A DNA stretch of 32,626 bases, from IMG/VR virus record IMGVR_UViG_3300042898_002829, positions 1 to 32,626 of that record. The stretch is one strand, 5' to 3'. Shown piece after piece: positions 25,722 through 32,626 of this stretch; the first letter of the stretch is position 1, and every line of letters starts with the position of its first letter. Origin of the DNA: a virus (lineage: Duplodnaviria > Caudoviricetes). A program made the position numbers and the translations under genes. The notes beneath the pieces are model-generated. The model searched no databases. It worked only from the letters and a program-made list of their open reading frames with translations, and was not told the DNA's origin.

Positions 25722-26945
25722 ATGGGACAATTAAGAGATTATCAAATTGACATAGCCGAAAAGGCTAATGTTGTCTTAAAAGAAAAAGGACTAGTTTATT
25801 TATGCTGTGAAGTTAGAACTGGTAAAACACTAATGGCTTTAGAAACAGCTAGATTATACGGAGCTAAAAATGTTCTATTTTTAACAAAGAAAAAAGCAAT
25901 ACAATCAATCTTAAGCGATTTTAATGACTTTAATTTTAATTATGAACTGACAGTTATAAATAATGAAAGCCTGCATTTAAACAAAGGAAAATACGATTTA
26001 ATCATATCAGATGAACATCATAGAAACGGAGCATTTCCTAAACCTAATAAGTGTACAAAATTAATTAAAGAAAAGTTTTTTAATTCACCTATGATTTTTT
26101 TAAGTGGTACACCAACTCCTGAGAGTTATTCACAAATTTATCATCAATTTTGGCTAAGTAATAAAACACCTTTTCAAGACTATACTAATTTTTATGCCTG
26201 GGCAAAATTTTTTGTTAACGTTAAAAAGAAATATCTAGGGTATGCTGAAGTAAATGATTACTCAGACGCAAATCAAGAGAAAATAAAAAAAATAATTGAT
26301 AAATATATTATTACTTTTACTCAAAAACAAGCCGGATTTGAAACAAGCGTAAAAGAAACAATTGTTTATATTGATATGCTTTCAATTACTTATAAAATAA
26401 CGAATAGGCTAAAAAAAGATAAAGTGTTTGAAGGTCATAATGATTTAATTATTGCGGATACTGGCGCTAAAATGATGAGTAAATTACATCAACTTTATAG
26501 TGGGACCGTTATACTTGAAAGTGGTAATTCTCAGATAATAGACACAAGTAAACTTATTTATATTCAAGATAATTTTAAAAATAATAAAATAGCTATTTTC
26601 TATAAGTTCCAGGCAGAAAAAGAAATGATTCAAAAGTTTTATGGCGATAGTATTTGTTTTGATTTAGAAACATTTGACAATACAGATAAAAATATAGCCT
26701 TACAAATTGTTTCTGGCAGAGAAGGAATAAGTTTAAAAAATGCAGAGTATTTATTTTATTTAACTCCTGACTTTTCAGCTACATCATATTGGCAAAGCAG
26801 AGACAGACTAACAACGATGGAAAGAAAAGAAAATAATATTTTTTGGTTATTTGCTAAAGGAGGGATTGAGAGTTATATTTACAAATCAATTATGAATAAA
26901 AAGAATTATACATTATCACAATTTAAAAAAGACATATCATGTTAG
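25722..26945 (+). CDS. SF2 (SNF2-like) helicase; start revised to ATG 25722
   Basis: Q motif 'LRDYQ', 'EVRTGKT', 'ISDEHH', 'LSGTP', 'GREGISL' and 'QSRDR'. Confidence 0.88.
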   Translation: MGQLRDYQIDIAEKANVVLKEKGLVYLCCEVRTGKTLMALETARLYGAKNVLFLTKKKAIQSILSDFNDFNFNYELTVINNESLHLNKGKYDLIISDEHHRNGAFPKPNKCTKLIKEKFFNSPMIFLSGTPTPESYSQIYHQFWLSNKTPFQDYTNFYAWAKFFVNVKKKYLGYAEVNDYSDANQEKIKKIIDKYIITFTQKQAGFETSVKETIVYIDMLSITYKITNRLKKDKVFEGHNDLIIADTGAKMMSKLHQLYSGTVILESGNSQIIDTSKLIYIQDNFKNNKIAIFYKFQAEKEMIQKFYGDSICFDLETFDNTDKNIALQIVSGREGISLKNAEYLFYLTPDFSATSYWQSRDRLTTMERKENNIFWLFAKGGIESYIYKSIMNKKNYTLSQFKKDISC

Positions 26946-27205
26946 AAAGTGCAATTCAAACAAAAATTAAAAATAGGCTAGAAAAAGAAGGCTGGATAGT
27001 AGTAAAGCTTATTAAGACTTCTATGAACGGAATTCCGGACCTTATGGCTTTAAAAGACGGCACTGTGAAATTTATTGAAGTAAAGCAAACAGTAGGCATA
27101 CTGAGTGAACTACAAAAAATTAGAATTAAACAATTAAAGCATCGAGGTTTTGAGGTTTTGGTATGGAACGATTATGAATCTGAATTTAAATATAAACTTA
27201 TATAA
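26939..27205 (+). CDS. VRR-NUC domain nuclease
   Basis: 'LESAIQ...GIPDL...FIEVK...LSELQ' PD-(D/E)xK pattern. Confidence 0.9.
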   Translation: MLESAIQTKIKNRLEKEGWIVVKLIKTSMNGIPDLMALKDGTVKFIEVKQTVGILSELQKIRIKQLKHRGFEVLVWNDYESEFKYKLI

Positions 27206-27215
27206 ATAAATAATC

Positions 27216-27356
27216 ATGGAACATAATTTGCTTGAAGAGTGGTACGACTACAATTGTCAGCTATTCATAGATGGAGAAATATCACACAAGAAATTTAAGA
27301 AAATTGAAAAACAGTATAAAAAAAGATATTATTTTTATATCATAAACCTAAATTAA
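27216..27356 (+). CDS. 46-aa hypothetical protein, paralog C (absent from ORF track)
   Basis: MEHNLLEEWYDYNCQLFIDGEISHKKFKKIEKQYKKRYYFYIINLN. Confidence 0.75.
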   Translation: MEHNLLEEWYDYNCQLFIDGEISHKKFKKIEKQYKKRYYFYIINLN

Positions 27357-27358
27357 CC

Positions 27359-27499
27359 ATGCAACATAACCTGCTACTAAAGGATTACGAAAAAAACGTA
27401 AAGATGTTTTTAAGTTTAGAGATATCACTTGAAAATTTTATAAAAATTGAGAATGACTATGCAAAACGATTCAAACTTTTTATAATTGAATTGAATTAG
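27359..27499 (+). CDS. 46-aa hypothetical protein, paralog D (absent from ORF track)
   Basis: MQHNLLLKDYEKNVKMFLSLEISLENFIKIENDYAKRFKLFIIELN; 22/46 identical to C without gaps. Confidence 0.75.
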   Translation: MQHNLLLKDYEKNVKMFLSLEISLENFIKIENDYAKRFKLFIIELN

Positions 27500-27504
27500 A
27501 AAAA

Positions 27505-27630
27505 ATGGAAAGAGATATTGAGAGTCCACTCAAAAGAATTGAAGCTGTAATGGAGCATCTTTTAATGAGAGGTAATAATAGTGAAAGGGTAAATATTTTA
27601 TACAGAAAAATAATAAATTATGAAAACTAA
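27505..27630 (+). CDS. 41-aa hypothetical protein (absent from ORF track)
   Basis: MERDIESPLKRIEAVMEHLLMRGNNSERVNILYRKIINYEN; tight packing. Confidence 0.6.
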   Translation: MERDIESPLKRIEAVMEHLLMRGNNSERVNILYRKIINYEN

Positions 27631-27763
27631 ACTAAAAAAAACTAACGAGTCATTTGCTGACATGGAAAAAAAGAAAAATAAATTTTACTCTACGGGTAAA
27701 ATAACTGAAGCGAGAGAGGTTCAAAGTAAATTGGATTTTCTTTACTTTGGTATAAAAATTTAG
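27620..27763 (+). CDS. 47-aa hypothetical protein (absent from ORF track)
   Basis: MKTKLKKTNESFADMEKKKNKFYSTGKITEAREVQSKLDFLYFGIKI; ends at the terS promoter. Confidence 0.6.
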   Translation: MKTKLKKTNESFADMEKKKNKFYSTGKITEAREVQSKLDFLYFGIKI

Positions 27764-27771
27764 TATATTTG
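27764..27771 (+). promoter_or_regulatory. -7 promoter element for the terminase operon
   Basis: TATATTTG ending 21 nt before the terS ATG. Confidence 0.65.
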
Positions 27772-27792
27772 TAGAAATTAAACAATTAAATA

Positions 27793-28227
27793 ATGGGAAA
27801 AAATAAGTATATTGAAACTCCAGAAATAATGTGGGATTATTTTTTACAGTATAAAGAACATGTGAAAAGTAGTCCTATTTTAATTAAGGATTGGGTAGGT
27901 AAAGATGCAGAGGAAGTTTATAAAGAAAAAGAAAAACCACTAACCTTTATAGGGTTTCAGAATTGGTTAGATGATCAGAATATAATATCAGATGTGACTG
28001 ATTATTTTGAGAATAAAGGTGACAGATATACAGAATATGTCCGCATCTGTTCGCGTATTAAAAGAAACATTCAAGATGACCAGATTTGCGGAGGTATGGT
28101 TGGTATCTACAATCAAAGCATTACTCAACGATTAAACGCATTAATTGAGAATGTTAAAACAGAACACTCTGGAGAGGTTACAACTAATATCATCTCATTG
28201 GGTTCGGGTACTAAGCCAAATGAATAA
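27793..28227 (+). CDS. terS: Terminase small subunit (P22 gp3-like)
   Basis: 'IETPEIMWDYF..Y...KPLTFIGF...GGMVGIYNQSITQRL'; directly upstream of terL. Confidence 0.85.
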   Translation: MGKNKYIETPEIMWDYFLQYKEHVKSSPILIKDWVGKDAEEVYKEKEKPLTFIGFQNWLDDQNIISDVTDYFENKGDRYTEYVRICSRIKRNIQDDQICGGMVGIYNQSITQRLNALIENVKTEHSGEVTTNIISLGSGTKPNE

Positions 28228-28233
28228 AACTAT

Positions 28234-29575
28234 ATGAAATTAATAAGTAAACAAGAAAATGCGGTGTACTACCTTAAGGACAGCTTAACAAAAGAGCTAG
28301 TCTATGGTGGCGCCGCTAGTTAACCCCCTCTTATCTAGTATTTGAGGGGGTGAAAATGCAGGAGGTGGTAAGTCAGCTTTAGGTGTTTTATGGATTATAG
28401 AACAATGTCAACTGTATCCAGGTACAAGATGGTTAGTAGGGCGTTCAAAGCTAAAAGCATTAAAAGAAACGACTTTAAATACTTTCTTTGAATTAACTAC
28501 TGATTTAAACATTACTTCACAATTCAATTATAATGCTCAATCGGGTATTATTTATTGGAAAAACGGTAGTGAAATATTATTAAAAGATTTATACTCCTAT
28601 CCGTCAGACCCAAACTTTGATAGCTTAGGTTCGTTAGAAATTACAGGGGCATTTATTGATGAGTGCAATCAGATAACTTATAAAGCGTGGCAAATTGTTA
28701 AATCTAGGATTAGATATAAACTAAAGAAATATGATTTATCGCCTAAGCTATTGGGCACTTGTAATCCGTCAAAAAATTGGGTTTATGCTCAGTTCTACCT
28801 AAAAGATAAAAATAACACTTTAGACAGGGATAAGAAGTTTATTCAGGCATTGCCAACAGACAATCCTCACTTGCCTAAATCTTATTTAGAATCTCTTTTA
28901 TCACTTGATGACAATAGCAAACAAAGGCTATACTACGGAAACTGGGAGTATGATAACGACCCAGCTAAATTAATTGACTACGAAAAAATACAAAATATAT
29001 TTACAAATGACTTTGTAGCTACTGGAGAACCTTTTATAAGTGCTGATATTGCGCGTTTTGGTAGCGATAAAATGGTTATAATGGTTTGGCAGGGATTTAG
29101 GGTAGTTGAAATATTTACGCTTGGTAAATCGAGTATTACAGAAACATCAAAAGCAATAAAAGATTTATCGGCTAAATGGAAAGTACCATTAAGTAATATT
29201 ATTGCTGATGAGGACGGAGTAGGCGGAGGTGTTGTCGATATATTAAGATGCAAAGGTTTTGTAAATAATTCAAGACCTTTACCTGTAGAAAATCAAATAG
29301 TACAATATCAAAACCTAAAGACACAATGTTACTTCAAATTAGCTGAAATGATACAAAATGGAGAAATATTTGTAAATTGCAACGATGGAAACGTTATTGA
29401 CGATATGTCAAAAGAACTGGAGCAGGTTAAAAGAGATAAGATTGATAGCGATGGAAAGCTGCAATTATTATCAAAAGAAAAGGTAAAAGAATCAATCGGA
29501 CGTTCTCCTGATTACTCAGATGCTCTAATGATGCGCATGTATTTCTGCTTTAAACCTGATTTCTTTATTTTATAA
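28234..29575 (+). CDS. terL: Terminase large subunit, interrupted: segment 1 is 28234-28317, 43-nt gap 28318-28360, segment 2 is 28361-29575 (432 aa if joined)
   Basis: Segment 1 reads MKLISKQENAVYYLKDSLTKELVYGGAA. Segment 2 (+1 frame) reads GGGKSALG, Walker B 'GAFIDEC', 'LGTCNP', nuclease 'SADIARFGSD' and 'RSPDYSDALMM'. The ORF track shows only 28751 onward. Confidence 0.9.
28318..28360 (+). other. 43-nt coding-gap element in the terL P-loop (candidate translational bypass element)
   Basis: AGT TAA, hairpin ACCCCCTC/GAGGGGGT (28323-28351), TGA in the downstream frame (28343); flanked by Ala codons GCT and GCA. Confidence 0.7.
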
Positions 29576-29586
29576 ATAAATTTATA

Positions 29587-29594
29587 TATCTTTG
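29587..29594 (+). promoter_or_regulatory. -7 promoter element ending 4 nt before the portal ATG
   Basis: TATCTTTG-TTCT-ATG. Confidence 0.6.
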
Positions 29595-29598
29595 TTCT

Positions 29599-30984
29599 AT
29601 GGCTAATAATAAAATACAAATGGCGTGGAAGGCGCTAACAGGTAATAATCAGGGTAATAATGCTTTTAATGAAGCTTTTTTACAGTTGATAGGTGGCGGT
29701 TATGCTAGATACGATTATAATAATAAAACCTATTTAGAAAGAGGTTATAATGAGAATCCTACTGTGTTTTCTATTATTAATAAGCAAACCGTTAAGACTG
29801 TTTCGGTTCCTTATTGCATAAAAGAAATAGAAAGCGAGAAATCGTATTTTAAACTTAAGCAATTAGATTTAGCTACAAAAGGTACGCTTTCTTTAATGCA
29901 ACAAATTAAACGTAACAGTCTATCTACTAAGGCTTATAAATCAGAGGAAAAGGACTTCCCTTTAATGCAGCCTAATCCTAACCAAACTTGGTCAGATGTT
30001 ATTGGATTGTATAAAACATATATGAAGATAACAGGGAACTATTATCAATATCATTTGTCAGCTAAAGATGGAATGAATAAAGGAGTTCCTAAAATGGTTT
30101 ATGTATTGCCTTCTCACTTAATGCAAATTGTATTGAAGCCTAACGCAAATATGTTATTTGATGAAAATCCAATTGATTACTACATGCTTGTTGATGGAAA
30201 TACTTATATTAAATTTATGGCTGATGAGGTTTTGCATGTAAAATATGTGAATCCTAACTATGATACGCAAGGTTCTCAATTATACGGTCAATCGCCATTA
30301 AGATCAGGTTTAAGAAACATAAACAGTCAGAACAGCGCAATTGATACTAATATTAAAATGCTGCAATCGGCTGGTGCTTATGGTTTTTTATATGGTAAAG
30401 GAACTCCATTAACTTCGGACCAGGCTAACTCATTAAAAGAACGTTTAGTTGAAATGGATAAAGATCCCGAAAGGTTAGGTAAGATAGGGGCATCATCTGC
30501 TGAGGTTGGCTTCCAAAGAATATCCTTGACTACTGATGAGTTAAAACCTTTTGATTATCTTAATTGGGACCAGAAAACAATATGTAATGTTCTTAACTTC
30601 CCTGATGAATTACTAAATGCTGATACTTCTGGAGCTATGGCGGGAAGTACTAATATTGATGCTAGAAAACAATTGATTACAGACGATATACAACCAGACT
30701 TAGTGTTGTTACAATCAGCTTGGAACAAATCATTTATACCGTTATTCAAAGGTTATGAAAAAAGCATAATCGAGTGGGACATAAGCGAACTTCCAGAAAT
30801 GCAAACGGATATGAGAGCTATGGCTGAGGCATTAAACTTACTTCCATTAAAACCAAACGAAATAAGAGAAGCGTTTAAATACGAAAGCTTAGATGACGAT
30901 GGTATGGATGTTGTATGGATTAACTCAGGTAAACAAAGAATAGATGATGTTTCGCCTGGAGTAATAGATAATGCTAATTTATAA
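29599..30984 (+). CDS. Portal protein (HK97-like)
   Basis: 461 aa after terL; 'PNPNQT...ITGNYY', 'EVLHVKY.NP', 'YGQSPL' and 'PNEIRE'. Confidence 0.92.
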   Translation: MANNKIQMAWKALTGNNQGNNAFNEAFLQLIGGGYARYDYNNKTYLERGYNENPTVFSIINKQTVKTVSVPYCIKEIESEKSYFKLKQLDLATKGTLSLMQQIKRNSLSTKAYKSEEKDFPLMQPNPNQTWSDVIGLYKTYMKITGNYYQYHLSAKDGMNKGVPKMVYVLPSHLMQIVLKPNANMLFDENPIDYYMLVDGNTYIKFMADEVLHVKYVNPNYDTQGSQLYGQSPLRSGLRNINSQNSAIDTNIKMLQSAGAYGFLYGKGTPLTSDQANSLKERLVEMDKDPERLGKIGASSAEVGFQRISLTTDELKPFDYLNWDQKTICNVLNFPDELLNADTSGAMAGSTNIDARKQLITDDIQPDLVLLQSAWNKSFIPLFKGYEKSIIEWDISELPEMQTDMRAMAEALNLLPLKPNEIREAFKYESLDDDGMDVVWINSGKQRIDDVSPGVIDNANL

Positions 30985-31757
30985 TGATGGACTGGGCTAA
31001 ACAGCATAGTATTTATGAGCGCAAAGCATATAGAATTATTCAGAGTCATATATCAAAGATTTTGAAGAACATTCCGTACAATAATGCTACGTTAGGTAAT
31101 TACGAACTACTAATAGAGTCTAATATATCTAAAGTGGATATCTTTAATATGTTTAAAGAGGTTTACTCTACAATAGGTATAAACTACGGAAATAAAGTAA
31201 ATATTACTCTAGAAAAGACTAAAAAGGCAAACGTTTTATTCAATGATAGGTTATTAAAAGAAATTTTACTATTTTTGTCTAATGAAGGAGGAGTAAAGAT
31301 TACTTCTGTTAGAGATACATTGCTAGCTGATATAATTAAAAGTATTCAGATATCAATTGGAGAAAACGGAACAATAGTAGATTTACGTAATGCAATACAA
31401 TCTATAGTTGAAAGGAATCAAACGTTTTACAAATGGCAGTCATTAAGAATAGCCAGAACTGAAACAACAAGCGCAAGTAATTTTGCAGCAATGAAAACAG
31501 CAGAACAAAGCGATTTAGTTTTAGATAAAGTTTGGATTAGTGTTCAAGATAACAGAACAAGAATAAAACCTTACGATCATTTGGATATGAATAACCAAAA
31601 GCAGGAATTTGAAAAACCTTTTTTTGTTGGAGGTGAAAATATACAATATCCAGGTGATACAAAAGCTAGTACGGGAAATGTAATAAACTGTAGATGTACA
31701 GTAGCATTTATTGCAAAACGTGATTCAAACGGAATGTTAATATTAAAAAATAATTAA
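30984..31757 (+). CDS. Head morphogenesis protein (SPP1 gp7/Mu gpF-like)
   Basis: 'RIARTET', 'KVWISVQDNRTR', 'YPGD' and 'INCRC'. Confidence 0.9.
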   Translation: MMDWAKQHSIYERKAYRIIQSHISKILKNIPYNNATLGNYELLIESNISKVDIFNMFKEVYSTIGINYGNKVNITLEKTKKANVLFNDRLLKEILLFLSNEGGVKITSVRDTLLADIIKSIQISIGENGTIVDLRNAIQSIVERNQTFYKWQSLRIARTETTSASNFAAMKTAEQSDLVLDKVWISVQDNRTRIKPYDHLDMNNQKQEFEKPFFVGGENIQYPGDTKASTGNVINCRCTVAFIAKRDSNGMLILKNN

Positions 31758-32402
31758 ATGAATTTAAAACAATTATCTGTAGATATTAAAGACATAGACA
31801 ACGCTAAAGGTGTTATTGTTGCTTATGCTAATACTTACAATTTCAAGGACTCAGACGGAGATATATCTGCTTATGGTTCTTTTGATAAGACAGTAAACGA
31901 AAACTTTAAACGTATTAGAGTATTAAAGGACCATAACCCTACAATGATGATAGGTGTACCTTTGGCTATTGATACTAAAGATTCTTATGGTTTGTTAACT
32001 ACTACTCAATTCAACATGAACAAACCGTTAGGTAAAGACATGTACGAAGATATAAAATTGATGACTGAGAATGGATTAAATGCTGAGCTATCAATTGGTT
32101 ATCAAGTATTACAAAGAGACCAAAAAAATAAAAGTATCATTAACGAATATAAGTTAATGGAATATTCTTTTTTATCTTCATGGGGGGCTAATGAGCTTAG
32201 TACAGTACAGGGTATTAAAGGTATCCAATCTTACTATGGTATTATGGAGTTAATACAAAAAGCTTACAATATGGATTATTCTGATGACAGATTAAAACAA
32301 TTTGAAACAATATTAAAATCACTTTCTAATGAGCCGTCAGATCCTGACACTTTGAACGAACAGCCGATTATCTTAGACACATTAAAATCATTTAAAATTT
32401 AA
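31758..32402 (+). CDS. HK97-family prohead protease
   Basis: 'DSDGDI...GSF', 'VLKDHN', 'ELSIGY' and 'LMEYSFL..GAN'. Confidence 0.92.
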   Translation: MNLKQLSVDIKDIDNAKGVIVAYANTYNFKDSDGDISAYGSFDKTVNENFKRIRVLKDHNPTMMIGVPLAIDTKDSYGLLTTTQFNMNKPLGKDMYEDIKLMTENGLNAELSIGYQVLQRDQKNKSIINEYKLMEYSFLSSWGANELSTVQGIKGIQSYYGIMELIQKAYNMDYSDDRLKQFETILKSLSNEPSDPDTLNEQPIILDTLKSFKI

Positions 32403-32418
32403 ACACACAAACACAAAA

Positions 32419-32626
32419 ATGGAATCATTAGAAATTAAAAACGCCCTAGAGGGAATTAAGGCTCAAGTTGAAACAAAAGCTAACGAGCAATCAGCTGAGG
32501 TAAAAGGATTAATTGAAGCTGTAAAAGCTGAAAACAACGCTGTAATCGAAGGATTGAAATCAGATTTGAAATCAGTTCAAGAGCATTCAGACAAACTAGA
32601 CTTGAAACTTCAAGAAAAATCAGCTG
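32419..32626 (+). CDS. Major capsid protein, 5' part (continues at window start)
   Basis: ATG 32419, MESLEIKNALEGIKAQ..., in frame with 1-1101. Confidence 0.92.
   Translation, partial: MESLEIKNALEGIKAQVETKANEQSAEVKGLIEAVKAENNAVIEGLKSDLKSVQEHSDKLDLKLQEKSA
32446..32626. repeat. Terminal direct repeat copy 2
   Basis: Matches 1-181 with one mismatch. Confidence 0.97.

Noticed and set aside
28318-28360. Group I/II intron, intein, stop-codon reassignment or simple frameshift as explanation of the terL gap
   Set aside because: 43 nt is far too short for a self-splicing intron, and no register gives the U|...G| boundaries of group I. An intein must be in frame. TAA is the normal stop genome-wide, the frame changes, and TGA 28343 blocks the +1 frame.
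28356-28382. ATG after the SD-like arm as a restart for TerL
   Set aside because: It is out of frame and gives only MQEVVSQL-stop.
28751-29575. ORF-track 274-aa TerL starting at TTG 28751
   Set aside because: It lacks Walker A and B. The same frame is open and clearly coding from 28361, and the true N-terminus lies at 28234 in another frame.
32446-32626. Physical terminal repeat of the virion DNA
   Set aside because: It falls mid-capsid gene and is more simply explained as assembly overlap; this cannot be settled without reads.

Overview
This window looks like a complete, circularly permuted, AT-rich siphovirus genome. The unit length is 32,445 bp, because bases 1-181 recur at 32446-32626 with one synonymous mismatch. 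The host is probably a Bacteroidota (Flavobacterium-like) bacterium, judging from the recurrent TAnnTTTG promoters, A-rich start regions without Shine-Dalgarno sites, a DUF3127-type SSB and a flavobacterial-style YceI. The + strand late arm runs terS, terL, portal, gp7-like head protein, HK97 protease, capsid, an accessory structural block, head-tail genes, tail tube, frameshifted chaperones, tape measure, tail tip, SGNH tail fibre, holin, GH19 endolysin and u-spanin. The - strand early arm carries a metallophosphoesterase, SSB, Sak4-like ATPase, HEXXH protease, YceI and several small paralogous or membrane peptides. An iteron/poly-A origin precedes a + strand replication block (Prim-Pol/helicase, SF2 helicase, VRR-NUC). 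I saw no integrase, CI-like repressor or DNA polymerase. The top finding is that the essential terL gene is interrupted inside its Walker A motif (YGGAA|GGGKS) by a 43-nt insert. The insert carries stops in both relevant frames, a perfect 8-bp GC-rich hairpin and an SD-like sequence ahead of a synonymous Ala codon, which makes it a candidate programmed ribosomal bypass element. Also notable are two sequence-unrelated but structurally equivalent kissing-loop 5' leaders in front of the replication genes, and three promoter/terminator-bounded small RNA candidates. All product calls come from motif recognition and synteny; no database searches were run.
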